A stretch of DNA of 38,453 bases from an uncultured archaeon. Its GTDB lineage: Archaea; Asgardarchaeota; Lokiarchaeia; Sigyniarchaeales; SOKP01. The translations under genes were made by a program, and so were the position numbers. Position 1 is the first letter of the stretch, and every line of letters begins with the position of its first letter. Of the stretch, positions 1-10,326 are shown piece by piece. Under the pieces are notes generated by a model. That model was given only the letters and a program-made list of their open reading frames with translations. It had not been told where the DNA came from and did no database searches. Location: contig CAZDTP010000039.1 in NCBI GenBank assembly GCA_964508365.1, positions 1 through 38,453 on the forward strand, given 5' to 3'.

Positions 1-873
1 TTCTTCTTTAGTATCCCTTGATGGAAGGTCTAATAGGCTTGTGCCCACCTTTTTTGTATCCTCTGTGCGACCATGTGTAGTTGCATATGTACCTTTGAAG
101 AAATTATTCGCAAAATCAAACGCAAGTATATCCACAAGCATTGCCGCCTTAGTCGAGGTATCATTATCTTGAGCAAATTCCACTAAGTTTAATATTGCCA
201 TTAAATCTTGATTGAAATAGATATTTGAATGCCATTCAGCAAATCCAAATCGTGCTCTCCAGTTTATCCACCTGTTGACTAAAGGAAGTGCATGATTAAT
301 ATGGTCTGTTCCATTCATTCCTGAATTTGTGTAAGTCTCATTAGGGTAGAGTTGCCCTGCTAATAATTCAGCAGTATGAAAGAGAATCATATGATTTTCT
401 GTACACATTATCATGTCATCTTCCCCTGGTTCTGTGAACCAATATTTAAAGTCAAGAATTACATCTTTTGCTTGAGATTTGAAAGTCGAATTTAGGGCGT
501 GACTAACATTATCTAGATACATAGTCCTTAGCAATGAAACTATCCTAAAATCAGCAGTATCTTCTCTATTGTTAATCTTATCAAAAGAACTTAGAAAAGA
601 AGCTTCGTTCACGGACTCGTTTAAATAAACTCTTGTAGATTGAGCATAAAATCCGTTACTATTGTTACTGTCAATTAAATATACATTTTTCCGTGCATCA
701 TACCCTATTGAAGCGTTGTAGGAATTTCTTAAGAGATTATAGTTATCAGGAAGATTATTGACCCATCTTCTGCTTTGATTTATTTTTGATGGAATAGAGA
801 CTATCGAAGGAATAATGAGCAGAACTGCAACTATTATTAATGCTTTAAAATGTTTTTTAAGTTCGATTTTCAT
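1..873 (-). CDS. Secreted/membrane-anchored hypothetical protein, partial (3' end runs off the window); possibly heparinase/lyase-like alpha-toroid family
   Basis: Hand-translated open frame from ATG at 873 to position 1 (291 codons): MKIELKKHFKALIIVAVLLIIPSIVSIP (signal/TM), then FKYWFTEPGEDDMIMCTENHMILFHTAELLAGQLYP...WRARFGFAEWHSNIY...THGR. Not in the supplied ORF track because its stop is outside the window. Confidence 0.75.
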   Translation of the reverse strand, partial: MKIELKKHFKALIIVAVLLIIPSIVSIPSKINQSRRWVNNLPDNYNLLRNSYNASIGYDARKNVYLIDSNNSNGFYAQSTRVYLNESVNEASFLSSFDKINNREDTADFRIVSLLRTMYLDNVSHALNSTFKSQAKDVILDFKYWFTEPGEDDMIMCTENHMILFHTAELLAGQLYPNETYTNSGMNGTDHINHALPLVNRWINWRARFGFAEWHSNIYFNQDLMAILNLVEFAQDNDTSTKAAMLVDILAFDFANNFFKGTYATTHGRTEDTKKVGTSLLDLPSRDTKEE

Positions 874-1048
874 ATTCAACAATCTTAATTTTTATAAAAT
901 TTAAATTATAATTGAGTTTAATATCAACCGTTTAACTTTTAAAACTTTATGCTGATGCATTTTCATAAATAGACCACTTCCTTAAATCAAGATTTATTTT
1001 CTTTAAAAATTAAAATAGCATACCCTCTTTTAATAATTTGATACACAG

Positions 1049-2101
1049 ATGTTGTCTGGCAATGAGGACTTTCCTACTCTTTTAATCAATGCCGTAAAGA
1101 AGTATAAAGTCATATCAATTATTGGTTTGTCTAAAAATGTGAGCAAAACCACCACACTAAATCATATAATTAATTTATTAAAGGATAACCATATAATTGG
1201 AGTCACATCCATAGGTCGAGATGGAGAACCTTACGATACGATTACAGAACTCCCAAAACCTAAGATTATAGTTGAAGAAGGAACAATCTTTGCTACAGCG
1301 GTAGATTCTTTAAAGAATAGCGATATAGAGACCGAACTTATTAAAGGCACTGATTTCACTACGCCACTCGGGATTATCAATATTTATAGAGCAAAAATTA
1401 AAGGATATGTTGAATTAGCAGGCCCTTCGATGAATAAACAACTAAAAGTCTTATGTAACGAGATGTTAAAGATAGGTTGCGATGTGATTTTTATTGATGG
1501 TGCATTTGATAGAAAATCCTTCGCAACACCGCTTATATCTGATGCAACAATATTATCCACAGGAGCATCTGTATCCCGAAACATGGAAAGGGTTGTTGAA
1601 CTAACTTCCCATATTTACAATTTATTTAACATAGAGAGAATTAATGACGATAAAATCCCGAAAATTAGCAAGGAGATATTCCTCAATGCTCAAGTAGGAA
1701 TTATTAACGAAGATTATTCATCTATTAAATTAGAAGAACCTACGGCTTTAGGATACTCTAAAGTAATTTTTGACCAATTAACTAAAGATGCTAAATATCT
1801 GGTAATTAAAGGAGCGATAACTGATAGCATTTTAGATGAATATGTAACCAATAAAAGAATAAAATCTATAATTATTATCACTACAGATCCTACTAAAATA
1901 TTTATTAGCAAGCAAGCTTTTCATAAATTTATAAAAAAAGGAGGGCACTTAAAGGTGCTAGATCAAATTAATTTAATTGCGATTACAGTTAATCACACAT
2001 CACCACTAGGGTATGAATTTGAAAATAACAAGTTCATGAGGTTGTTACAAGAGAGAATTAAAGTTCCTATATTCAATCTTGGTCCTTGTGACAACTTATA
2101 A
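1049..2101 (+). CDS. kamB: Lysine-fermentation cluster accessory protein, KamB-like (putative lysine 5,6-aminomutase reactivase subunit)
   Basis: N-terminal SIIGLSKNVSKTTTLN P-loop-like motif, TSIGRDGE, ELAGPS and IDGAFDRKS motifs; lies directly upstream of kamDE. Confidence 0.6.
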   Translation: MLSGNEDFPTLLINAVKKYKVISIIGLSKNVSKTTTLNHIINLLKDNHIIGVTSIGRDGEPYDTITELPKPKIIVEEGTIFATAVDSLKNSDIETELIKGTDFTTPLGIINIYRAKIKGYVELAGPSMNKQLKVLCNEMLKIGCDVIFIDGAFDRKSFATPLISDATILSTGASVSRNMERVVELTSHIYNLFNIERINDDKIPKISKEIFLNAQVGIINEDYSSIKLEEPTALGYSKVIFDQLTKDAKYLVIKGAITDSILDEYVTNKRIKSIIIITTDPTKIFISKQAFHKFIKKGGHLKVLDQINLIAITVNHTSPLGYEFENNKFMRLLQERIKVPIFNLGPCDNL

Positions 2102-2146
2102 CTTAAATTTTAGATTAATACAATTATCTTTTGAGATGAAACTCAC

Positions 2147-3715
2147 ATGAATAAATTAAATTTGGATTTTACATTAGTGGAAAATGCGAGAAAAATAGCG
2201 AGAATTATTGCAAATGATACTCAAAAGTTCATTGATAAACACACCACTACTTCGATTGAAAGAACTATTTGTAGATTATTAGGGATCGATGGGGTAGATG
2301 AGTTTGGAGTTCCATTACCTAATGTAGTAGTAAATCATGTTCAAAAATCAGGGCTAATCAATAATGGCATTGCATTATACCTTGGGAATACCATTTTGCA
2401 TACTAATTTATCTCCCCAGAATATTGCAGGAAAAGTTTCTCAAGAACAATTAATATTGACAGAGTTTCCTTTAAGCAACATATCTGAGATAAAAGAAGTA
2501 TTAAACTCATTAACACAGAAAAGTTTGGAAACAATTAAACGAAACAAGCAAGATAGAGAAGAGTTAATTAATAGATATGGGGAAAAAACGGAACCACTAA
2601 TATATTTAATTGTTGCTACAGGAAATATTTTTGAGGATATTGTTCAAGCACAAGCAGCAGCAAGACAAGGGGCCGATGTTATAGCAGTAATACGCTCTAC
2701 TGGACAAAGTTTATTAGATTATGTACCTTACGGTGCCACAACTGAAGGTTTTGGAGGAACCTATGCAACACAAGAAAATTTCCGTCTTATGAGGTCAGCT
2801 TTAGATAAGGTTAGTGAGGAAGAAGGTAGATATATCAGACTTACTAACTATTGTTCAGGACTTTGTATGCCAGAGATTGCTGCGATGGGAGCATTTGAAA
2901 GATTAGACATGATGTTAAACGATGCTCTATATGGCATTTTATTTAGGGATATAAACATGCAAAGAACGATAATTGATCAATATTTTTCAAGAATGATAAA
3001 TGCGTATGCAGGTGTAATCATCAATACAGGGGAGGATAATTATCTTACTACTGATGACGCTTATGATGCAGCTCATACTGTGCTAGCATCACAATTTATT
3101 AATGAACAATTTGCGAAATTAGCAGGTTTAAGTGAAGAGCAAATGGGTTTAGGACATGCGTTTGAAATGAACCCTGATTTGGAAAATGGATTCGTTTACG
3201 AACTTGCTCAAGCACAAATGGCTCGCGAGATTTTTCCAAATGCTCCTTTGAAATACATGCCCCCGACTAAATATATGACTGGAAATATTTTCAAAGGTCA
3301 GGTCCAAGACGCATTATTTAACATTATTACAATTCTTACAAATCAAAGAATTCACTTATTAGGAATGTTAACGGAAGCAATCCACACTCCATTCATGTCA
3401 GATCGGGCTTTGTCCATTGAAAATGCACAATATATTTTTAAAAATATGAAAGATTTAGGAGACGAAATCATATTTAAGGAAGGGGGGATAATGCAACGAC
3501 GCGCAAACGAAGTATTAAATAAAGCTCTTGAACTTCTAACTAATATAGAAAAAGAAGGTTTATTTAAGACAATTGAAAAAGGGATATTCGCACAGATTAA
3601 AAGACCCATAGATGGTGGGAAAGGATTAAACGGTGTAATTCTAAAAAGCAAAGATTATTTTAATCCCTTCCTAGAATTCATGTCAAAAGAATTACACTTA
3701 GGAGGTCAAAAATAA
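2147..3715 (+). CDS. kamD: D-lysine/beta-lysine 5,6-aminomutase alpha subunit
   Basis: TTTSIERTICRLLGIDGV, YLIVATGNIFEDIVQA, RSTGQSLLDYVPYGATTEGFGGTYATQENF, NYCSGLCMPEIA, KYMPPTKYMTGNIF motifs; 522 aa. Confidence 0.95.
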   Translation: MNKLNLDFTLVENARKIARIIANDTQKFIDKHTTTSIERTICRLLGIDGVDEFGVPLPNVVVNHVQKSGLINNGIALYLGNTILHTNLSPQNIAGKVSQEQLILTEFPLSNISEIKEVLNSLTQKSLETIKRNKQDREELINRYGEKTEPLIYLIVATGNIFEDIVQAQAAARQGADVIAVIRSTGQSLLDYVPYGATTEGFGGTYATQENFRLMRSALDKVSEEEGRYIRLTNYCSGLCMPEIAAMGAFERLDMMLNDALYGILFRDINMQRTIIDQYFSRMINAYAGVIINTGEDNYLTTDDAYDAAHTVLASQFINEQFAKLAGLSEEQMGLGHAFEMNPDLENGFVYELAQAQMAREIFPNAPLKYMPPTKYMTGNIFKGQVQDALFNIITILTNQRIHLLGMLTEAIHTPFMSDRALSIENAQYIFKNMKDLGDEIIFKEGGIMQRRANEVLNKALELLTNIEKEGLFKTIEKGIFAQIKRPIDGGKGLNGVILKSKDYFNPFLEFMSKELHLGGQK

Positions 3716-4503
3716 TGGGTGGTGGACTCTATTCTACAGAAAAGAAAGAATTTGACAAGAATTTTGATTTAACTAAAATCAAACCTTATGGAGACACAAT
3801 GAATGATGGAAAAGTTCAAGTTAGCTTTACTCTTCCTGTAGATGACGGAGAAAAAGCTATATTTGCAGCATTAGAACTGGGTAAAAAGATGGGGATAGAA
3901 GAACCTTCAGTAGCATATCATGTATCTTTAGATAAGGGATACACATATTTTGTGTTATATGGAAGTCTTAAACATTCTATCGATTATACTAAGATAAAAG
4001 TGGAATCTATAGAAATTGAGGCGATGACGATGGAAGAAATAAATGATTTCATTAAAACAAACTTAAAGCGAAAATTGATTGTTATAGGTGCTACAACGGG
4101 GACTGACGCTCACACAGTAGGTATCGACGCGATTATGAACAGAAAAGGTTTTGCTGGACATTATGGTTTAGAAGGGTACGAAATGATTGATGCTTATAGT
4201 CTTGGCAGTCAAGTATCAAACGAAACATTCGTAAAAAAAGCTATAGAACTTGAAGCTGATATACTTCTTGTTTCCCAAACTGTGACGCAGAAAGATATTC
4301 ATGTGAGAAATTTAAGCAATCTGGTCGATCTACTAGAAGCTGAAGAGATAAGAGATAAAGTCGTTTTAATCTGTGGTGGTCCAAGAATCTCGAATGAACT
4401 TGCGAAGGAATTAGGATTTGACGCGGGCTTTGGTCCTAACACTTTTTCTGAGAATGTAGCAACATATTTTGTAAAAGAAATTTATAAAAGAAAATCTAAA
4501 TGA
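3715..4503 (+). CDS. kamE: D-lysine/beta-lysine 5,6-aminomutase beta subunit (B12- and PLP-binding)
   Basis: KPYGDTMNDGKVQVSFTLP; cobalamin His-on motif DAHTVG; PLP lysine in MNRKGFAGHYGLE; TAATG stop/start overlap with kamD and GGAGGT RBS upstream. Confidence 0.95.
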   Translation: MGGGLYSTEKKEFDKNFDLTKIKPYGDTMNDGKVQVSFTLPVDDGEKAIFAALELGKKMGIEEPSVAYHVSLDKGYTYFVLYGSLKHSIDYTKIKVESIEIEAMTMEEINDFIKTNLKRKLIVIGATTGTDAHTVGIDAIMNRKGFAGHYGLEGYEMIDAYSLGSQVSNETFVKKAIELEADILLVSQTVTQKDIHVRNLSNLVDLLEAEEIRDKVVLICGGPRISNELAKELGFDAGFGPNTFSENVATYFVKEIYKRKSK

Positions 4504-4518
4504 GATTCATATAGGGTT

Positions 4519-5292
4519 ATGCCTCACTCAAGTGCTTATTCTGATGATGATTGGAAAAAAAGCAAACCGTATATACTCCCGGAATATGATAAAAAGGCTT
4601 ATAATTTGATTTATGATCATCATTCTCATACATACTTCAGTGATGGAGTACTTACAATTAAGCAAAATGTTGAATGGCATATTGCTATGGGGTTCAACGC
4701 ATTGACTATAACTGATCATAATAATATGCGGCATTTAGAAAAAATAAATAAAATTAAGGGAGAATACATAAAAAAAAAAATTCTTATTACTAGTGGAATT
4801 GAATGGACGACTACTAGAATCCATTTAAATTTTCTCGGGGTTTCAAAGTGGGACACAAGAGTATCCTATAAACCTAAAGATGAGAAAATTGTTGAAGCAA
4901 TTAATAAAGCTCACGATCAAGGGGGTATTGTTGTTTGTAATCATATTCCATGGAGTATAAAAGAAGCGAAATATAAAAATCATCCAACCCGGGAAACTCT
5001 ATTGGAATGGGGAATTGATTATATCGAGATTGTTAATGATGATTCTCAACCGGAAAATGTCTTTGATCAAGAATCCTATGATTTTTGTATGGAACACATG
5101 GGAGAAATTGGAATGCTTACTGGGACAGATATGCATAAACCAGATGGATTAGTAAGTGGAGGCGTTCACGGTTGGACATTATTAAATCTTAAAGAATTTA
5201 CCGAAGAAGTACTTTTTGAAGAATTAAATAAGAAAAAAACTAAAATTCTCTATTCTAAAAAACCCTATATAGATACAGGTATTCATAAATAG
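4519..5292 (+). CDS. PHP-domain metal-dependent phosphoesterase
   Basis: DHHSHTYFSDG, ITDHN, GIEWT, H-x-N, CNH and GTDMH metal ligands. Confidence 0.85.
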   Translation: MPHSSAYSDDDWKKSKPYILPEYDKKAYNLIYDHHSHTYFSDGVLTIKQNVEWHIAMGFNALTITDHNNMRHLEKINKIKGEYIKKKILITSGIEWTTTRIHLNFLGVSKWDTRVSYKPKDEKIVEAINKAHDQGGIVVCNHIPWSIKEAKYKNHPTRETLLEWGIDYIEIVNDDSQPENVFDQESYDFCMEHMGEIGMLTGTDMHKPDGLVSGGVHGWTLLNLKEFTEEVLFEELNKKKTKILYSKKPYIDTGIHK

Positions 5293-5408
5293 AACAATTC
5301 TAACAATTTGAACATATTTTACAATAAAAATTTATAACCGGTAATATACATAAGGTATATGATCCAGTTATGTTATTTAATTTCATAAATAATGAAATAA
5401 AAAAAAAT

Positions 5409-6224
5409 TTAGACAGGAATATCTCGCTTATTAAAAATAAACACTGATAAACCTACCATACAAGCTGAATATCCCGTTAGAATTAAAATATTTAGTAGCA
5501 CGTTATCCCACACATGATTTACGAGTAGATTCGAAGTTTCGAAATAGTAAAAGACACTTGCAAATTTCATGCCTTGTATTGCTTCTGGAAACGCTTCCCA
5601 AAATATTCCTACAATATAAAAAAATATTATAATTGCAAAGCTAAATGTAAGCGCTCGCCTGGGTCGGAGAAATGTCGAAAAGAATAATGAGGTACTTATT
5701 AAAGCCACTAAAAATACAAAGAGCCAAAGGAATACTGTGTATAGCTCGGTAAAGTATATTTCGCTAGGATTTATATTTGGAAAGCTGAAGACACCAATAA
5801 GAACTCCAAGAATTGAAAAAACAACAAGGATAAATGCAGTTATGACATGCTTTACATATTTACCTATAACAAATTTCCAACGCTTTATAGGTTTTGATAA
5901 AATAATGTCAATCGTTTTATCTTCGATTTCTTTTGGTATATCTTGTGCTGCTTTTATTATAAAATAAAAACCAAAATAAAACCAAGTCATTGAGAAAAGA
6001 TATACATTTAAGAATCCTCCAAATGTAGTTAACGCAATGTATTCACCCACCATTTGTACTATTGCTTCAGGATAACTCGCAAGTAATGCCTCCATATCTT
6101 CAAAGAGCGTAGGATCAAACATAGCCATAAATGCTAAAAAGAATAATCCAAAAAATAATCCCATAATTATAATAGCTTTAATGTTGTACTTTAATTCTTT
6201 TATAGTTGTTTGAATTAACTTCAA
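5409..6224 (-). CDS. ABC-2 type exporter permease
   Basis: About six hydrophobic segments; EIEDKTIDIILSKPIKRWKFVIGK motif; 4-nt overlap with the ATPase gene (TTG start). Confidence 0.9.
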   Translation of the reverse strand: MKLIQTTIKELKYNIKAIIIMGLFFGLFFLAFMAMFDPTLFEDMEALLASYPEAIVQMVGEYIALTTFGGFLNVYLFSMTWFYFGFYFIIKAAQDIPKEIEDKTIDIILSKPIKRWKFVIGKYVKHVITAFILVVFSILGVLIGVFSFPNINPSEIYFTELYTVFLWLFVFLVALISTSLFFSTFLRPRRALTFSFAIIIFFYIVGIFWEAFPEAIQGMKFASVFYYFETSNLLVNHVWDNVLLNILILTGYSACMVGLSVFIFNKRDIPV

Positions 6225-7177
6225 ATAACATCCCCTCCTTTAGAATTAGAATCCTTATAATATTCGAGAAATATATTATCCAAAGTTGAATGAGTAATGT
6301 CAAAGTCTTTAATAGGGATACCCGCCCATGTATTTTTACTTAAATACTGTAAAATTTCGCGAGACTGGCTGTAAGGGAGCAAGAATTCAATTCTTTGTTG
6401 ATATTTTTGTTTTACAATAGCTTCAGGGAAATCTGACAACAAAAATGAATTAAATTCAGTTAAACTTTTATTGTTTTCAAAATCTAGTTCAAATCGTTTT
6501 AAACTTTTTTTTTTAAGCTCTTGAACACTAGAAACTTCTACTATTTTGCCATTTTTAATAATAGCAACTCGATCGCAAAATTTCTCAATTTCTGGAAGCA
6601 CGTGACTAGATACAAATACAGTACAATTAGATTCGGCTTGGCGTTCTGAAATAATCCTATAAAATTCTGATTGCATCAAAGGATCAAGACCTGAAGTGGG
6701 TTCATCCATTATCAATATATCGAATTTACCCATTAGAGCGGTTAAAACACCTACTTTTTGTTTGTTTCCTTTACTAAGTACCCCCATTTTCCTATCCATT
6801 TCAATTTCAAGTCTTTCTGTGACATTTTTAATGAATTTCCAGTCTATTTCGATGTCAAATAGTTTGGCAAAATATTTAATCAACTGGTCAGCTGTCATAT
6901 ATTTATAAAGACCAAGCTCTCCTGGTAAGTACCCTATTTGGTTCTTAAACTTAACATCTTTTTTCGGGTTAATTTCTTCGCCATTAATTACGGTTATTCC
7001 ACTATCGGGATTGAGAAATCCTAAAATGCATCTAATCGTTGTTGTCTTTCCGGCACCGTTCGGACCCAAAAATCCAAATCTTGCTCCTTTTGGAACTTTA
7101 AGCGAAATTCCGTCAACTGCTTTGATCTTCCCTTTGTTATAATATTTTTTTAAATCTTTTATTTCGATAGCATTCAT
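6221..7177 (-). CDS. ABC exporter ATP-binding protein
   Basis: Walker A GPNGAGKTT, signature LSKGNKQK, Walker B ILIMDEPTSGLDP, H-loop SSH. Confidence 0.95.
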   Translation of the reverse strand: MNAIEIKDLKKYYNKGKIKAVDGISLKVPKGARFGFLGPNGAGKTTTIRCILGFLNPDSGITVINGEEINPKKDVKFKNQIGYLPGELGLYKYMTADQLIKYFAKLFDIEIDWKFIKNVTERLEIEMDRKMGVLSKGNKQKVGVLTALMGKFDILIMDEPTSGLDPLMQSEFYRIISERQAESNCTVFVSSHVLPEIEKFCDRVAIIKNGKIVEVSSVQELKKKSLKRFELDFENNKSLTEFNSFLLSDFPEAIVKQKYQQRIEFLLPYSQSREILQYLSKNTWAGIPIKDFDITHSTLDNIFLEYYKDSNSKGGDVI

Positions 7178-7245
7178 TTTTCTTTCACCTTTTTTGAAAA
7201 ATGTATTCTTACCATAATATTAAATATTTTTTGCGTATATAAATA

Positions 7246-7270
7246 TTTTCATTTTTAGTGAAAATGAAAA
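7246..7270. promoter_or_regulatory. Perfect inverted repeat, candidate operator between divergent ABC and regulator genes
   Basis: TTTTCATTTT-TAGTG-AAAATGAAAA (10-bp arms, 5-nt spacer), immediately 3' of TATATAAAT at about 7236-7244. Confidence 0.5.
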
Positions 7271-7370
7271 ATGGAAAGTTCATATAATTTGAAAAGACTT
7301 AATAATAAGTATTTCCATACCATAATTAAGGAACATAATTTGAAGTTGCTATATTTTATATCCACTATCA

Positions 7371-8153
7371 ATGAAAACAGATTCAGATGAGTTTAGACAT
7401 ATTTTAGAATTAACGAAGGCCATAACTCAAGAATATTTGAGTCAAAATATAGGAGGAAATATTAATTACCTTAAAGAGAAAATTAAAGATTTCCTCATTA
7501 ATCCATTATGGAACAATGATTCTTTACATCAATTAAAAAATAAAATTAAAGAATTCGATATTAACGATGACAAGGCTATCATTTTATGGAAAGCAATGGA
7601 AGAAACATTTGATCTCTGTCATGCTCAGCATTTAAAAAATAAATCGCATATTTATGAAGGGAAAGTGAGAGTTTATGAAAAGCGAGTAATAGATATATTG
7701 GTAGAAGCCGGTAAAATCAAAGGTCAGAATGCTGTATTTGGTTCAATTATAGGTTATTTACTACTTCATGGAAGCTTAACTCAATCACAACTTAGAGAGT
7801 TAACAGGTTTTTCAAAGGGGGCTATTTCCCAGACTTTAAAAATATTGTCGAGTACTCCTGCAATAAAAAAAGAACCTTTAGAAGGAACACGCGAATATAT
7901 CTACACTTTTGGAGCTAATATGGCAGATGTTGCTTCAAATATTGGATCTTATAAATCTGAATCTAATGAACTCGCAATTACATTCTTAAAAAGAAAAGTT
8001 CAAGAATTAGAAAAAAATAAAGATAAGAGTGGTTATGAAATTCTCTCAAAAAGAGTAATGCAAATGATTAACTTTTTTGAATACAATGTGAAATTGCTAG
8101 AAAAAATAAAAGAATCAAGTTTTATAAAAGAACTGAAAGGGGACAATACTTGA
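7371..8153 (+). CDS. MarR/GbsR-like winged-helix transcriptional regulator with N-terminal extension
   Basis: LLLHGSLTQSQLRELTGFSKGAISQTLKIL helix-turn-helix followed by wing TREYIY. Confidence 0.75.
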   Translation: MKTDSDEFRHILELTKAITQEYLSQNIGGNINYLKEKIKDFLINPLWNNDSLHQLKNKIKEFDINDDKAIILWKAMEETFDLCHAQHLKNKSHIYEGKVRVYEKRVIDILVEAGKIKGQNAVFGSIIGYLLLHGSLTQSQLRELTGFSKGAISQTLKILSSTPAIKKEPLEGTREYIYTFGANMADVASNIGSYKSESNELAITFLKRKVQELEKNKDKSGYEILSKRVMQMINFFEYNVKLLEKIKESSFIKELKGDNT

Positions 8154-8665
8154 ATATGATAGAAGAATTCAATGATGAAATAAGAGAGATTGAAAAGGAT
8201 ATTTTTAAATTCCTAATGTTCTACTCTCTTTTTATTGGACAAAAAACTACTTTCAAGACAATTAAAATTTATTTTATTACCCGAAAATCCTTGACTCAAG
8301 AAAAATTACAAGAATTAACGGGATTTTCGCGAGGAACGATATCACAAGAATTAAACGAATTAATTTCCATGAACCTTATCGAAAAAACTAGTATTTCTAC
8401 CACGGGAGAAATTACTTATTCAATGAGAAATCCCATAATAGCCTTTATTCATTCATTCAGCGACCTTACAAAAGGTATCTCAGGATTTGCTGATAGTATT
8501 AATGCTATCAAAGATGATATTGAAAAAGAAAAGGTTATGATAGAAAATTTACATGGTTTTGACAAAATTTATCAGTTTGTCAATGCTCTGGCGAATGCCG
8601 TCCCTTTTTCTCTCGAATTGATAAAAAAAATCGAAAATGAATTGCTCAATTATCAAGACGAATGA
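8150..8665 (+). CDS. MarR/GbsR-like winged-helix transcriptional regulator
   Basis: KSLTQEKLQELTGFSRGTISQELNELISMNLIEK; paralogous to the upstream regulator with a 4-nt overlap. Confidence 0.75.
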   Translation: MNMIEEFNDEIREIEKDIFKFLMFYSLFIGQKTTFKTIKIYFITRKSLTQEKLQELTGFSRGTISQELNELISMNLIEKTSISTTGEITYSMRNPIIAFIHSFSDLTKGISGFADSINAIKDDIEKEKVMIENLHGFDKIYQFVNALANAVPFSLELIKKIENELLNYQDE

Positions 8666-8733
8666 TAAAGATATTAATAGCTTTAGAAATTTAATCAATA
8701 AAAATATTCATAATTAAAAGTGTAAATTAAATT

Positions 8734-10326
8734 TTGAAAGAAAATTTTAAATGGGATTTCCCATATCCTTCTAGAAGAATGCCAGTGTTAGCAGAAAATA
8801 TTGTTTCTACATCTCAACCTCTTGCCTGCCAAGCCGGACTAAGCATGCTAAGAAAGGGGGGAAACGCCATAGATGCTGCCGTAGCATCTGCTATAACGCT
8901 TACGGTGGTTGAACCAGTTAATAATGGTATAGGAAGCGATGCATTTGCTATTTTATGGGATGGTAAAAATCTTGTTGGATTAAATGCTTCTGGAAGATCT
9001 CCAGCAACATGGACACCAGAGCACTTTTCGCATAAAAAATCTATGCCACTGTTAGGATGGGATTCTGTTACAATCCCTGGAGCAGTTTCAGCTTGGAAAG
9101 AATTATCAAAAAAATATGGAAGATTAGAATTTAAAGAGCTATTTGAACCTGCAATAAAATATGCTCGAGATGGATTTATCGTATCCCCTATTACTGCTCA
9201 AGTTTGGGAAATCCTTTCTAAAATGTATAAAAAGAAAAAGTTTCCAGACTTTCATAATTGTTTTATGCCAAATGAAAGGGCTCCAATTCCAGGTGAAGTT
9301 TTTAAATCACCTGAACAAGCAAAATCTTTACAACTTATAGCTGAAACAGAAGGAGATGCTTTTTATTTCGGAGAATTAGCAAAAAAAATAGTAGAGCATT
9401 CCGATAAAACCGGCGGGTCAATAACTTTAGAAGATTTAGAAAATCACTCCTCAACTTGGGAAAAAACGATTTCAATTGATTACAATGGATTCATGCTAAA
9501 TGAAATACCCCCTAATGGTCAAGGACTAACTGCCTTACTAACATTAGGTATACTTAAGAATTTTGAGATGTCTTCTTTCGATGTTGATTCTACAGAATCC
9601 ATACATCTCCAAGCTGAAGCGATGAAATTAGGTTTTGCGGATGCTTACCAATATATTTCTGATCCTTTATATCTTAAGTTCGATCCTAAACATTTACTTT
9701 CAGAAAAATATTTAGAAAAAAGAGCGAATTCGATTAATCTAGAAAAAGCTCAGAAATTTGAAGAGGGTATAACATCTAATAGTGATACAGTTTATCTAAC
9801 CACAGCGGATGAAGAAGGTATGATGGTATCTTATATTCAATCTAATTATATGGGATTCGGATCTGGAATTGTAATACCAAATACTGGGATTAGCCTTCAA
9901 AATCGAGGAAATGGATTTAATTTAATTGAAGGCCATCCCAATCAAGTAGGTCCAAAAAAGCGACCATATCATACTATCATTCCCGCGTTTATAACTAAAA
10001 ATGGATCTCCTGTTATGAGTTTTGGCGTAATGGGTGGGTCAATGCAACCACAAGGGCATGTGCAGATGATGTTACGTATCTTTGAATATGAACAGAATCC
10101 TCAAACCGCGGTCGATGCCCCTCGCTGGAGAGTACTTCAAGGATTAGATTTAGGATTAGAACCGGGATTCAAACCACAATTGTATCATCATCTGATTAAA
10201 TTAGGTCATCAAGTTACGAAAGGACATTATTTTGAATTTGGAGGCGCTCAAATCATTTATAAGCTTGAAAAAGGATATTTAGCAGCTTCTGATCCTAGAA
10301 AAGATGGACAGGCAGTTGGTTATTAA
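8734..10326 (+). CDS. ggt: Gamma-glutamyltransferase (Ntn hydrolase)
   Basis: GGNAIDAAVA, VVEPVNNGIGSDAF, catalytic Thr in SDTVYLTTAD, LQNRG, KRPYHTIIP, GVMGG, DPRKDG. Confidence 0.95.
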   Translation: MKENFKWDFPYPSRRMPVLAENIVSTSQPLACQAGLSMLRKGGNAIDAAVASAITLTVVEPVNNGIGSDAFAILWDGKNLVGLNASGRSPATWTPEHFSHKKSMPLLGWDSVTIPGAVSAWKELSKKYGRLEFKELFEPAIKYARDGFIVSPITAQVWEILSKMYKKKKFPDFHNCFMPNERAPIPGEVFKSPEQAKSLQLIAETEGDAFYFGELAKKIVEHSDKTGGSITLEDLENHSSTWEKTISIDYNGFMLNEIPPNGQGLTALLTLGILKNFEMSSFDVDSTESIHLQAEAMKLGFADAYQYISDPLYLKFDPKHLLSEKYLEKRANSINLEKAQKFEEGITSNSDTVYLTTADEEGMMVSYIQSNYMGFGSGIVIPNTGISLQNRGNGFNLIEGHPNQVGPKKRPYHTIIPAFITKNGSPVMSFGVMGGSMQPQGHVQMMLRIFEYEQNPQTAVDAPRWRVLQGLDLGLEPGFKPQLYHHLIKLGHQVTKGHYFEFGGAQIIYKLEKGYLAASDPRKDGQAVGY

